A DNA stretch of 64,000 bases. It comes from Syntrophomonadaceae bacterium (GTDB lineage: Bacteria; Bacillota; Syntrophomonadia; Syntrophomonadales; Syntrophomonadaceae). Below are positions 17,919-27,449 of the stretch, piece after piece. Where the stretch lies: assembly GCA_012515055.1 (NCBI GenBank), contig JAAYZA010000318.1, forward strand, positions 42,489 through 106,488. Reading direction: 5' to 3'. The position numbers were made by a program, and so were the translations under genes. The notes beneath the pieces were generated by a model that was given only the letters and a program-made list of their open reading frames with translations, searched no databases and had not been told where the DNA came from. Every line of letters begins with the position of its first letter. Position 1 is the stretch's first letter.

Positions 17919-20732
17919 TTGACTATGAATTTTGACAGGACATGGTATTTAGATGAAATAACAGTTGATACCCGGGAGATGCAGGAAGAATTAAATATTT
18001 CGGCTATAACAGCTAGGCTTTTAATCAACCGGGGAATGACCGATATAAACAAAGCCAGGAAATTCCTGTACGGGACCGGGGAAAATCTGAGCGATCCCTT
18101 ATTGCTGCCGGGGATAAAGCAGGCAGCGGACCGTATCAGAGCAGCCATCGCCGGGCAAGAAAAAATGGTCATTTATGGTGATTACGATGTTGACGGCATT
18201 TGCAGCATCGTCATTTTAAAAGAATGCCTGGAAATGCTGGGGGGAAAAGTGGATTATTATGTGCCGGATCGTTTCGAGGAAGGTTATGGGATTAATATGC
18301 CGGCGGTTGAAAATCTGGTCAAACAGAAGTATGAATTATTAATCAGTGTTGACTGCGGAATAACTTCAGTGGAGGAAGTCGGTTTTGCTGTGGCAGCAGG
18401 AATGGACATCATTATAACTGATCACCATACCCCTGGAGCAATGCTGCCTCCGGCAGCTGCCATTGTGAACCCCAAATTAGGCGGCAATGAGGACAATCAA
18501 CATTTATGCGGTGCCGGTGTTGCCTATTACCTGGCCCGGGCCCTGCAGCAAGGGCCGGATGCTGCGGTTACCGGCATCCCATGGCTGGAACTGGCGGCCC
18601 TGGCGACAATAGCTGACATTGTACCCTTGCAGGGGGATAATCATATTCTGGTCCGGGAAGGTCTTAAGCATTTATCTGCAACCCGCAGAATAGGTCTTAA
18701 AGCTTTATTAAAAATATGTGCCCTGGAGGGTAAAGATATTACTCCCGGTCAGGTAGGTTTTGTGATCGCTCCCCGGCTTAATGCTGCCGGAAGGCTGGAT
18801 AGTGCCCAAAAAAGCATTGAAATGCTGCTGACCAGTGATGGAAATATCGCAGAAAACCTGGCTGTTCACCTGAATACCATCAATAATGATCGCCGTCAGG
18901 TGGAAGAAAATATATATGAACAGGCCCTGGCTCAAATCATGGCCAATGATCGGCAGGAAGACCAGGTTATCATTGCTGCCGGTGAGAATTGGCACGAAGG
19001 GGTTATTGGCATCGTTGCTTCCCGACTGGTAGAAAAATTTTACCGTCCGGTGATCATAATCAACTGGGATGGGGATATGGGTAAAGGTTCGGGACGCAGT
19101 ATAAAAGGTTTCGATTTGCACAGGGCACTGGAACACTGCCAGGAGCATCTGTGCAGGTTCGGCGGGCACCAGATGGCTGCCGGCATCACCATTGAACGCC
19201 GGCAGCTGGATCTATTTGCTGCCGCTGTCAAAGCCTATGGTCAGAAGTATATGTCGCGGGAGGTACTATACCGGGTCTGCCGGACTGATGGCGAAATTGA
19301 TATGGCCGAGATCACCTTTGATCTGCTCCAGGAATTAAAAAGACTTGCACCATACGGGGAAGGAAACCCCCAGCCCCAGTTCATCATGAGGAATATTCCG
19401 GTTCGATCCCTGCGTTTGGTGGGCGGTCAAAAGGAGCATATCAGTTTTGATTTTTCTCCCCTTGCTCTGCAGGGCATCGCCTTTCGAAAACCTGAATACA
19501 TAAATCTGCCCTTTCAGGAATGCTGGCATGATGTGGTGGGAACCCTGGGTGAAAATGAATATCGGGGCAAGGTTTCCCGGCAAATCAATGTAAAAGAGAT
19601 GAAAATGAGTTTTATACCGGATGATATAAAAAGATTCCGCGGCCTGGAGCATATGCCATACCGGCGGATAAATTTGATATTAACGGAGATTAAAGCCGGA
19701 AGGCCGGTTATAATGCTATTTCCTGCTGCTCGTTCCCTGCTCAAGTATAAGCCGGGGTTGGAGAACTGTTTCAAAAGTGATTGGCTCCATGTACTCCATG
19801 GTCTTATGCCGGTCAATGAACAGACCGCAACTGCCGGTCTTTTATCCCGGGGCCGGGGGGGTATATATTTAATAACCAGAGCTTATTTTGAGAACAGAGT
19901 ATTAAAGGGCCAGCTGCCGGCGAATTTAAGATATATTCTGCCGGAATGGAACAGTGAGCCAATCACTGGATTGAAAGATCCGGCAAGCATAGCGGAAAGT
20001 ATTAAATGGGGCTGCCCGGCAGAATCAGTATTAAAATCCGTCCGCCCCATAAGTGATTTTGACTTCCGAAAAAAGAATTTGATATATAGCAATCGCCAGT
20101 CGACAATTACAGATATTATAGCCGGGATACCGACAGCGATCAGCGAAGCGGGCATGACTGATTTCCGGCAGCGACGAGCATTGCGGCGTGAATTTACCCG
20201 TTTGTCAGAGGGCGCATATATAACTGACGGCAATTATTATATCGGTGAGGGATTTGTCGATATTGACAATGTGGTCCTGGCGGATTTCCCTTTCAGTATC
20301 TGTGAAACCGCATACATACTCGAACAATCAGATGGTGACAGGGTACCCGGTCTTATAATTGCTGCCGGCAAAAAACAACGGGAGCAAAATTGGTCATACC
20401 TTAACCTGAGACATCCTGAGGGAGAAGAAGTGATACAGGTACTGGACCATCTGCAAAGGGCAGGACACCGGCAGCAAAAACTGGAGGAACTGACCCGGTC
20501 CATACAGGAAGAACAAGGTGAAGTGATTTCCCGGATGAAAATGCTGGCAATACTGCAAATACTTGCTGACACAGGCTTGTGCCAAATTAGCAAACAGGGT
20601 AGTATTATGGAAATACACTATCATTCCAATATTACCCCTGTTTTTAATATAAATGATTCTATCGCTTATCAGGAAGGTATGAGGGAAAAACAGACCTGGC
20701 AAGAGTTTTTAGCAATTCTTGAATTAAGTTGA
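17919..20732 (+). CDS. recJ: Single-stranded-DNA-specific exonuclease RecJ (long form)
   Basis: DHH motifs (YGDYDVDG, DCG, ITDHH) and DHHA1 (GGHQMAAG). About 350 aa of C-terminal extension. The ATG at 17925 is an alternative start. Confidence 0.9.
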   Translation: MTMNFDRTWYLDEITVDTREMQEELNISAITARLLINRGMTDINKARKFLYGTGENLSDPLLLPGIKQAADRIRAAIAGQEKMVIYGDYDVDGICSIVILKECLEMLGGKVDYYVPDRFEEGYGINMPAVENLVKQKYELLISVDCGITSVEEVGFAVAAGMDIIITDHHTPGAMLPPAAAIVNPKLGGNEDNQHLCGAGVAYYLARALQQGPDAAVTGIPWLELAALATIADIVPLQGDNHILVREGLKHLSATRRIGLKALLKICALEGKDITPGQVGFVIAPRLNAAGRLDSAQKSIEMLLTSDGNIAENLAVHLNTINNDRRQVEENIYEQALAQIMANDRQEDQVIIAAGENWHEGVIGIVASRLVEKFYRPVIIINWDGDMGKGSGRSIKGFDLHRALEHCQEHLCRFGGHQMAAGITIERRQLDLFAAAVKAYGQKYMSREVLYRVCRTDGEIDMAEITFDLLQELKRLAPYGEGNPQPQFIMRNIPVRSLRLVGGQKEHISFDFSPLALQGIAFRKPEYINLPFQECWHDVVGTLGENEYRGKVSRQINVKEMKMSFIPDDIKRFRGLEHMPYRRINLILTEIKAGRPVIMLFPAARSLLKYKPGLENCFKSDWLHVLHGLMPVNEQTATAGLLSRGRGGIYLITRAYFENRVLKGQLPANLRYILPEWNSEPITGLKDPASIAESIKWGCPAESVLKSVRPISDFDFRKKNLIYSNRQSTITDIIAGIPTAISEAGMTDFRQRRALRREFTRLSEGAYITDGNYYIGEGFVDIDNVVLADFPFSICETAYILEQSDGDRVPGLIIAAGKKQREQNWSYLNLRHPEGEEVIQVLDHLQRAGHRQQKLEELTRSIQEEQGEVISRMKMLAILQILADTGLCQISKQGSIMEIHYHSNITPVFNINDSIAYQEGMREKQTWQEFLAILELS

Positions 20733-20744
20733 AATGGTGGCTTT

Positions 20745-22925
20745 ATGGAAATAATCAAAATAATCGAGCGAATAAAAGAATATGAGCCTGATGCGGATAT
20801 TGCACAGATCGAAAAAGCCTACCAATATGCTAAAACGGCCCATGAGGGGCAAAAAAGGATATCGGGTGAAGATTATATCAGCCATCCGGTAGAAGTAGCA
20901 TATATCCTGACCGAGATTGAGATGGATACGGCTTCCATTTGCGCTGCCCTGCTCCATGATGTCCTTGAAGATACGATTATGACTTATGAAGAGGTTGAAA
21001 AGGAATTCGGCGAAGAAATTGCCCTGTTAGTCGATGGGGTTACCAAACTCAGCCGCTTGGAATTCAAATCCAAACAGGATGCTCAGGCAGAGAATCTGCG
21101 GCGCATGTTTATTGCCATGGCCAAGGACATCAGGGTCATTTTGATCAAACTGGCTGACCGGCTGCATAATATGCGGACACTGAATTATCAGCCGGAACAT
21201 AAACAAAAAGAGATCGCCGAGGAAACCATGGAGATTTTTGCTCCCCTGGCTCATCGGCTGGGAATATTTAAATTTAAATGGGAATTGGAGGATCTGGCTT
21301 TTTTTTATCTGGATCCGGATATGTATTATCAGATTGCCAGAAGACTTAAACAAAAGCGTCGGGAAAGGGAAGATTATGTCAATGATCTGATTGCTCAAAT
21401 CAGGAATGGGATCGAACAGATAGGGCTGGAGGCCGATATCGAAGGACGGCCAAAAAACATTTTCAGCATCTATAAAAAAATGATCAAACAGATGAAGGAT
21501 GTCGATGAGATATACGACAAGATTGCCATTCGTGTTATCGTAAACGATGTGCATGAATGTTACGGGATACTGGGGATCATCCACACCATGTGGAAACCTT
21601 TACCGGGGCGGTTTAAAGATTATATAGCCACACCCAAGCCTAATATGTATCAATCACTACACACTACTTTCATAGGCCGGGGCGGGGAACCCTTTGAAGT
21701 GCAGATCCGTACCTGGGAAATGCACCAAACAGCCGAATCAGGTATTGCAGCCCATTGGCGCTATAAAGAAGGCAGCAGCCCCAAAGACAAAAAATATGAC
21801 CAAAAATTGGCCTGGCTGCGGCAAATATTAGAATGGCAGCAGGAGATCAAAGACACGGATGAATTTATGGAATCACTGAAGATAGATTTGTTCGATGATA
21901 CAGTTTTCGTTTTTACTCCCAAAGGGGCGGTTATAGAATTGCCCAAAGGAGCATGTCCGGTAGATTTTGCCTACCGGGTTCACACCGAAGTCGGACATCA
22001 ATGTACTGGTGCCAGGGTTAATGGCCGGATAGTGCCACTGGACCACCCTTTGACCAATGGAGATATCGTTGAGATCATAACATCCAAGAATTCTCTGGGA
22101 CCCAGCCGGGATTGGCTGAACTTTGTCAAAACATCTTCGGCAAAGAGTCGTATTCGGCAATGGTTTAATCGAGGAAAAAGGGCTGATAATATTATCAAAG
22201 GCCATGATATGCTGGAAAAAGAGATGAAGAAAAACCACCTGTCACCCCGGGAAATGTTGAAAAAAGAAAAAATGGCGGAAGTGGCCAGGCGGCTGGGCTA
22301 TAATTCGGGGGAAGATCTATGTGCTGCTGTTGGGGATGGGGCTGTTTCTCCCCAGCAGGTCATCACCCGGCAGAAGGAGATATTTTTCCAGGATGCGGTG
22401 GTAGAAGATATATTGACTATTCCCCCCATGAACAAAAATATTTTACAGCGGGAGAAAGAAACCACTGCTATTAGGATCAAGGGTGTTGATGATGTGGCGA
22501 TAAAACTCAGCCGTTGCTGCAATCCCTTGCCCGGGGACAGCGTTTTGGGCTATATAACCAGAGGACGAGGGGTTTCGGTCCATCGTCTGGATTGCCCCAA
22601 TATGCAAAATTATTTAAAAACGGAAAAGGACCGGATACTGGAAGTGGAATGGTCTGATGACCGGGGCATATATTATCTGGAACTGGAAGTCAAAGCTTTT
22701 GACCGCCAGCGGTTGACCACTGATATACTGAATGTGATTGCTGATCTGCGCATCCAGATAAATTCAGTTTTCTCCCGGGTAACCAAAAATAATTTTGCGG
22801 TCATAAACCTGAAACTGGAAATCAAGGATATCACGCAGGTTCAGGCAATCATTCAGCGTATTCAGCAAATAAAAGATATACTGGAGGTACGAAGAGTACT
22901 GCCAGGAGAGGACCGGGGTGAATAG
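20745..22925 (+). CDS. relA: Bifunctional (p)ppGpp synthetase/hydrolase
   Basis: HD domain (HDVLEDT), synthetase motifs (YQSLHT, EVQIRT), and TGS and ACT regions. Confidence 0.95.
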   Translation: MEIIKIIERIKEYEPDADIAQIEKAYQYAKTAHEGQKRISGEDYISHPVEVAYILTEIEMDTASICAALLHDVLEDTIMTYEEVEKEFGEEIALLVDGVTKLSRLEFKSKQDAQAENLRRMFIAMAKDIRVILIKLADRLHNMRTLNYQPEHKQKEIAEETMEIFAPLAHRLGIFKFKWELEDLAFFYLDPDMYYQIARRLKQKRREREDYVNDLIAQIRNGIEQIGLEADIEGRPKNIFSIYKKMIKQMKDVDEIYDKIAIRVIVNDVHECYGILGIIHTMWKPLPGRFKDYIATPKPNMYQSLHTTFIGRGGEPFEVQIRTWEMHQTAESGIAAHWRYKEGSSPKDKKYDQKLAWLRQILEWQQEIKDTDEFMESLKIDLFDDTVFVFTPKGAVIELPKGACPVDFAYRVHTEVGHQCTGARVNGRIVPLDHPLTNGDIVEIITSKNSLGPSRDWLNFVKTSSAKSRIRQWFNRGKRADNIIKGHDMLEKEMKKNHLSPREMLKKEKMAEVARRLGYNSGEDLCAAVGDGAVSPQQVITRQKEIFFQDAVVEDILTIPPMNKNILQREKETTAIRIKGVDDVAIKLSRCCNPLPGDSVLGYITRGRGVSVHRLDCPNMQNYLKTEKDRILEVEWSDDRGIYYLELEVKAFDRQRLTTDILNVIADLRIQINSVFSRVTKNNFAVINLKLEIKDITQVQAIIQRIQQIKDILEVRRVLPGEDRGE

Positions 22926-22927
22926 TA

Positions 22928-23377
22928 ATGCGGGCAGTGGTACAAAGGACCCTTTCCAGCAGTGTTGCCATTAAGGGACAAATTGCAGCCCAAATAGGAC
23001 CTGGCCTTACGGTGCTGCTGGGAATTAAAAAAGGAGATCGGGAAAAAGATGCGGATTATCTCCTCGACAAGATTATAAATCTAAGGATTTTTGCCGATGA
23101 AGATGGCAGGATGAATCGCTCTTTGCTGGACATACAGGGCGAGATATTGCTCATCAGTCAGTTTACCTTGTATGGGGATGTGAAACGCGGCAGAAGGCCG
23201 AGCTTTACCGAGGCGGAAGAACCGTCAGCCGCAGAGCCCCTTTTCCAATACTTGATAGAGGGTATTAAGGAAGAGGGGGTAAAAGTTAAAACCGGCATAT
23301 TTGGTGCCGATATGATAATAACCATGGAGAATGACGGGCCATGTACAATTTTGCTGGATAGTGAAAAACTCATCTAA
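22928..23377 (+). CDS. dtd: D-aminoacyl-tRNA deacylase
   Basis: MRAVVQR N-terminus and SQFTLYGD motif, 149 aa. The position after relA is typical. Confidence 0.9.
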   Translation: MRAVVQRTLSSSVAIKGQIAAQIGPGLTVLLGIKKGDREKDADYLLDKIINLRIFADEDGRMNRSLLDIQGEILLISQFTLYGDVKRGRRPSFTEAEEPSAAEPLFQYLIEGIKEEGVKVKTGIFGADMIITMENDGPCTILLDSEKLI

Positions 23378-23392
23378 AAGGAGGAAAACAGA

Positions 23393-24013
23393 TTGATTTT
23401 AAAAGGATTGGAAATCAGCAGCATGGGGGTAAATTGTTATATTGTCGGCTGTGAGGAAACCAGGGAAGTCGCCGTTATTGATCCGGGCGGCAGTCCCAAA
23501 ACCGTTGTCAACATGCTGGAGAATGATGGTCTTAAAGCCATTTACATCATAAACACCCATGGACATATAGACCATATAGGGGGCAATCGGGGAGTCAAGG
23601 AAGCGACGGGAGCCAAAATCCTCATCCATCAGGATGATGCCAAAATGCTGACCAGTTCTGTTTCCAATTTTTCGTTTTTAATGGGCAGCAAAGTCACCAG
23701 TCCCCCGGCTGACCAGCTGCTTAAAGATGGCGATATTATAAAAATAGGAAACACAGTGGAACTGGAGGTCATTCATACGCCCGGACATAGTCCCGGAGGC
23801 ATCTGCTTGAAAACCGGCGATATAATTTTTGTCGGTGACACTCTCTTTCAGGGATCGATAGGCAGGACTGATTTTCCTGGCGGCTCTCATAAACAATTAA
23901 TCCAGAACATAAAGGACAGGCTGCTGTGCTTTGATGATGAGGTGGTGGCTTATCCCGGACATGGGCCAGCAACTACCATCGGTTTTGAAAGGGCTCACAA
24001 TCCCTTTTTATAA
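23393..24013 (+). CDS. MBL-fold metallo-hydrolase
   Basis: THGHIDHIGG metal motif, 206 aa. TTG start follows AGGAGG. Confidence 0.85.
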   Translation: MILKGLEISSMGVNCYIVGCEETREVAVIDPGGSPKTVVNMLENDGLKAIYIINTHGHIDHIGGNRGVKEATGAKILIHQDDAKMLTSSVSNFSFLMGSKVTSPPADQLLKDGDIIKIGNTVELEVIHTPGHSPGGICLKTGDIIFVGDTLFQGSIGRTDFPGGSHKQLIQNIKDRLLCFDDEVVAYPGHGPATTIGFERAHNPFL

Positions 24014-24139
24014 GATCAGCGGGAGCGGAATCTTAACCAGCCTTCCTCCTGTATGCTGGTTAAGGAGGGGCGAAGACTCAGAAGCTTGTGCCCGGTTGAT
24101 TTAAGGAGATGCTGGGCGGCCAGGGATATCCGCAATGAT

Positions 24140-24175
24140 AAATGTGGGCAGAGTAATGCCCGCATTTGCTTTTTT
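24140..24175 (+). terminator. Intrinsic terminator of the recJ-relA-dtd-MBL unit
   Basis: 11-bp stem AAATGTGGGCA/TGCCCGCATTT (one G-U), loop GAGTAA, then a T run 2 nt after the stem (gcTTTTTT). Confidence 0.8.
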
Positions 24176-24203
24176 ATGCTATTGATTAAAGAGGAAACTT
24201 GGT

Positions 24204-24932
24204 ATGGTCAAAAACAAGGGAAATATAATGCGGGTAATATTCAATCATCTGACAATAGGATTGATCTACAGGGATTTCTGGCGGTTAGGACCGGCTTTTA
24301 TCGGTACATTGGTTTCATTATTATACCAGCTGATTAATTTGTATGGTTTCTTGCCCGCCTTGTTTTTAATCAGTACCGGAACGGCAATGATTATAACCGT
24401 ACTGACATATACCTTATATCTGCTGAGCCTGTTTTATATTCCGGTGCCCATTTGTGCTGCAGCAGCTGGCCTGGTTCTGGCCGCGTCTTTTCTGGCCTGG
24501 TTATTTATAAATATAAATATCAACCGCCAGGCTGATTTGCGGATACTGGTATTAAACTATTCTTCCCAGACTGCTTTTATAGGACTGTCAATCCTGCTGT
24601 GCAATCAGGTTTTGCCCCTGACTCTGGGAGCAAGGGCCAGGTTCTGGGATGTACACTTCAAACCAGAACTGGCCGGTAAAATACAGGAACACGATGCAGC
24701 GGTGCTTAAAGAATTATTACAGGAAGATCTATTTCGTCTGCAAAAGATATTGAAAGATCATACTGTTTTATATGGCTGTACCCCGGGGTCTCTGTTTAAA
24801 TATCTTCCGCCTTTGTCCCCGAACAGCTTTCAATATCAAATCATTAAAACCATCATACCCCCCGAAAATGCCAGAGTCTTTACTTTAATCCGGGATTTTT
24901 ATTTTCATGTTTTGACACTGGATAAAAAATGA
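24204..24932 (+). CDS. Hypothetical integral membrane protein
   Basis: SD-like AGAGGAAA upstream. Several hydrophobic segments, then a soluble tail. No recognisable motif. Confidence 0.5.
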   Translation: MVKNKGNIMRVIFNHLTIGLIYRDFWRLGPAFIGTLVSLLYQLINLYGFLPALFLISTGTAMIITVLTYTLYLLSLFYIPVPICAAAAGLVLAASFLAWLFINININRQADLRILVLNYSSQTAFIGLSILLCNQVLPLTLGARARFWDVHFKPELAGKIQEHDAAVLKELLQEDLFRLQKILKDHTVLYGCTPGSLFKYLPPLSPNSFQYQIIKTIIPPENARVFTLIRDFYFHVLTLDKK

Positions 24933-25035
24933 ACTGCCAGAAGAAATTTGACATTAAAAAAGGCATTCAAAAAAAGGCAAGAAAAAGGCCTTGAAAGTCA
25001 TTGAAAAAGAAAAGACATTAAAAATAAGAAAAAAG

Positions 25036-25064
25036 TTTGCCGGGGAGTTTTTTTATGATAAAAT
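25036..25064 (+). promoter_or_regulatory. Candidate sigma-A promoter of the T-box/aroF-pheA unit
   Basis: TTTGCC, 17 nt, then TGaTAAAAT (extended -10). It ends about 20 nt before Stem I of the T-box. Confidence 0.45.
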
Positions 25065-25082
25065 AATTGCACCAATATTTAA

Positions 25083-25350
25083 AATGCGATGAAGAAGTAA
25101 AGTAAGCTTGTGAAATTATACAGAGAATAGATGCCGCTGGCTGGAAGCATCTTGATAAGGAAGCAAACTGAAGTTCACTTCGGAGTACCTGGCTGAAACA
25201 TTTGCAAGTAGGCTGTGGCGGAGCTTCTACCGTTAAAAAGAAGGAGATATCGGATTAACCTGTATCTTTGAACAAGCGGGTCTTATGACAAAATGGGTGG
25301 TACCGCGGGCAGTATATACTTCTCGTCCCAAAAGGATGAGGAGTTTTTTG
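25083..25350 (+). promoter_or_regulatory. T-box riboswitch leader with Phe (UUC) specifier
   Basis: Stem I base GCGATGAAGAAG..AGTA and an AGAGA box. Specifier loop GAAG-TTC-A-CTTCGGAG, with TTC at 25174-25176. F-box CCGTTA, T-box AATGGGTGGTACCGCGG, and an 11-bp terminator plus T6 (25318-25349). Confidence 0.85.
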
Positions 25351-25460
25351 TTTAAAGAAGTGTTTTTCCCGTATCTTGCCAGAGCCGGGCATTGCCAATC
25401 AGGGTGGTACCGCGGGAAGTTTATACCTCTCGTCCCTATTTCAGGGAAGGGAGGTTTTTT
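25351..25460 (+). promoter_or_regulatory. Second T-box discriminator/terminator module without its own Stem I
   Basis: CAGGGTGGTACCGCGG followed by terminator CCTCTCGTCCCT/AGGGAAGGGAGG plus T6. It aligns as a diverged copy of 25237-25349. Only about 50 nt lie upstream of its T-box sequence. Confidence 0.7.
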
Positions 25461-25491
25461 ATTGAACAGAAAAAATAAGGAGGAGTTAATA

Positions 25492-26331
25492 ATGAATGCA
25501 TTGGCAGAGAAGGTAAGTAAAATGCTGGTATCAAAAGAAGCTCATCCGCAGATGACTGAAATCGAGGTAAAAGGTTGTGTGATCGGTGGAAAGCAGTTGG
25601 TTATAATAGCCGGGCCCTGCGCCATCGAAACAGAAGAACTGTTAAAAGAAACCGCTTTTAAAGTCCGTGGTGCCGGTGCAGGTATGCTGCGAGGGGGAGC
25701 TTTCAAACCCCGTACTTCACCGTATAGTTTCCAGGGCCTTGGTGTGGTGGGCCTGGAAACCCTGGCTAAAATAGGTGAGTCCATGAATATGCCGGTCATA
25801 ACAGAAATAATGGACAGTGAAGATATACCGATTGTAGCAGAACACGCCGATATTTTGCAGGTGGGTGCCCGCAATATGCATAATTTTTCTCTGTTGAAAA
25901 AATTAGGACGGATCGACAAGCCGGTAATGCTTAAAAGAGGCATGTCAGCAACTATTGAAGAATGGCTTTTGGCAGCAGAATATATATTGGCCGGGGGTAA
26001 TGGCCAGGTGATATTATGTGAAAGGGGTATCCGCAGTGCTGAAAGATGGACCCGCAACACCCTGGACCTGTCAGCAGCAGCCCTGGCCAAGGAACTGACC
26101 CATCTGCCCGTCATCGTAGATCCCAGTCATGGTACCGGGGTGAGAAGCCTGGTGGCTCCTATGGCTAAAGCGGCAATTGCCGCCGGAACGGATGGACTGA
26201 TTATCGAAGTTCATCCCCATCCGGAAAAGGCTCTGTCAGATGGGGAGCAATCACTGACCCCCAAACAATTCAGTCTCCTGATGCGGGAATTGGAGCCGGT
26301 GGCCAATGCCATGGGCAGGAGGGTCAGATAA
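25492..26331 (+). CDS. aroF: 3-deoxy-7-phosphoheptulonate (DAHP) synthase, class I-beta
   Basis: ATG at 25492 follows AAGGAGG. The sequence is KDO8P/DAHP-synthase-like ([21 protein letters not shown]). The upstream 69 codons of ORF 25285 are T-box RNA, not protein. Confidence 0.85.
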   Translation: MNALAEKVSKMLVSKEAHPQMTEIEVKGCVIGGKQLVIIAGPCAIETEELLKETAFKVRGAGAGMLRGGAFKPRTSPYSFQGLGVVGLETLAKIGESMNMPVITEIMDSEDIPIVAEHADILQVGARNMHNFSLLKKLGRIDKPVMLKRGMSATIEEWLLAAEYILAGGNGQVILCERGIRSAERWTRNTLDLSAAALAKELTHLPVIVDPSHGTGVRSLVAPMAKAAIAAGTDGLIIEVHPHPEKALSDGEQSLTPKQFSLLMRELEPVANAMGRRVR

Positions 26332-27197
26332 TGGTTTATGCAGTTCTGGGTCCCCCAGGGACCTTCAGTGAGGAAGGGCTTCGCTTATATGCCGGAAGTG
26401 ATATAAAAATTCGGGAAGCGGAAGATATCAGCCAATTATTTGCCCTGGTGGACAGCGGGCAGGTGAGTGATGGCTTCGTGCCCCTGGAAAATTCTTCAGC
26501 GGGAATGATCAGCTCTGCGTTGGAATGTTTAGCGGCTTCATCATTGAAAATAAAAGGTGCCCTGGAGGTGCCCGTCCGGCAGTATTTGCTGGCCAATGGG
26601 GATTATGTTCCCGAAGAAGTGGAATTATTGATCAGTCAGCCGGTAGCCCTGGAACAATGCCGCAATTTTGTCACTGCCCAGCTTAAAAGGTCCAGAAAGG
26701 AAATAACCGATAGTACTGCCCGGGCCGCGCAGATGGTTCAGCAGGAGAAGCGACGGGCAGCGGCAATCGGCAGCCAGCGGTCAGGCCGGTTGTATGGCTT
26801 GAAAACAATTGCCGCCGATATTCAGGATGGGTTTAACTATACTCGCTTTATCCATATCGGAAAGAGTGATGAAATAGCCGCCCGGCCCCACAAGAGCAGC
26901 TTGCTTTTGTCCTTGCCGGATAAGGCGGGGGCTTTATACGAACTATTGGGGGTTTTTGCCCGGAACCAGCTTAATTTGAACAAAATTGAATCCCGGCCCG
27001 GCCGGGTGCCAGAGGAATATGTTTTTTATATCGAAGTTGAGCAAGGCAGGAATGACTTAAGAATGGAAATGTTTTTGCCGGAATTAACCCCTTATTGCAA
27101 CTGGATCAAATATCTGGGGTCCTATACCCAGAAGAGAATCAGCCGTGTCGATGGCGGTCTGCCTCAGACCGGCCGGGATTTTTGTCATGGCAAGTGA
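26331..27197 (+). CDS. pheA: Prephenate dehydratase with C-terminal ACT domain
   Basis: LGPPGTFSEE N-terminus and TRF motif, with the ACT region ending at KYLGSY. Start overlaps the aroF stop (ATAATG). Confidence 0.9.
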   Translation: MVYAVLGPPGTFSEEGLRLYAGSDIKIREAEDISQLFALVDSGQVSDGFVPLENSSAGMISSALECLAASSLKIKGALEVPVRQYLLANGDYVPEEVELLISQPVALEQCRNFVTAQLKRSRKEITDSTARAAQMVQQEKRRAAAIGSQRSGRLYGLKTIAADIQDGFNYTRFIHIGKSDEIAARPHKSSLLLSLPDKAGALYELLGVFARNQLNLNKIESRPGRVPEEYVFYIEVEQGRNDLRMEMFLPELTPYCNWIKYLGSYTQKRISRVDGGLPQTGRDFCHGK

Positions 27198-27362
27198 AAT
27201 CAGGGGGAGGGCTTATCGGGGAATCGGGCCGCTGCGGACCTGGAGCAATGGCCCCGGGCTGAAGCTAATTTGCTTATGGGATTGACCCGGGAAGAGGGCG
27301 GCGGTAAACTGGTTGGTCAAATTGAGCACCCGGGGGCAGTGACAAAAATAATACTGGGCTGA
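27198..27362 (+). other. Coding-like 54-codon continuation in the pheA frame after its TGA stop
   Basis: In frame with pheA. G occupies the first position of 25 of 54 codons. By eye the GC content is higher than in other spacers. Ends at TGA 27360-27362. See findings. Confidence 0.3.
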
Positions 27363-27388
27363 TATAAGCAGGCACATCAACGGTGAAG

Positions 27389-27417
27389 TTGACAAGCTGC
27401 GTACCCTAAATTAGAAT
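27389..27417 (+). promoter_or_regulatory. Sigma-A promoter of hisS-aspS
   Basis: TTGACA, 17 nt, then TAGAAT. It lies 32 nt upstream of the hisS ATG. Confidence 0.6.
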
Positions 27418-27449
27418 TATCCAAGAATATTTATAAATCGGAGGATTAT

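Noticed and set aside
19400-19410. tRNA T-loop-like GGTTCGATCCC
   Set aside because: It lies inside the recJ reading frame. The flanking bases do not form a T stem or any cloverleaf.
24053-24337. 94-aa plus-strand ORF
   Set aside because: It runs through the intrinsic terminator at 24140-24175 and overlaps the better-supported membrane-protein gene. It has no SD.
25351-25460. Interpretation as a complete second (tandem) T-box riboswitch
   Set aside because: Only about 50 nt precede the T-box sequence. No GA/K-turn base, AGAGA box, specifier loop or F-box is present. I kept it as a partial duplicated module instead.
25285-25491. N-terminal 69 codons of the 348-aa ORF called for aroF
   Set aside because: This stretch contains both T-box sequences and both terminators, so it is leader RNA. 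The real start is ATG 25492, behind AAGGAGG.
27198-27449. Expected T-box leader upstream of hisS-aspS (as in Bacillus)
   Set aside because: There is no GGTGGTACCGCG-like T-box sequence, no Stem I elements and no terminator. A plain TTGACA-17-TAGAAT promoter is present instead.
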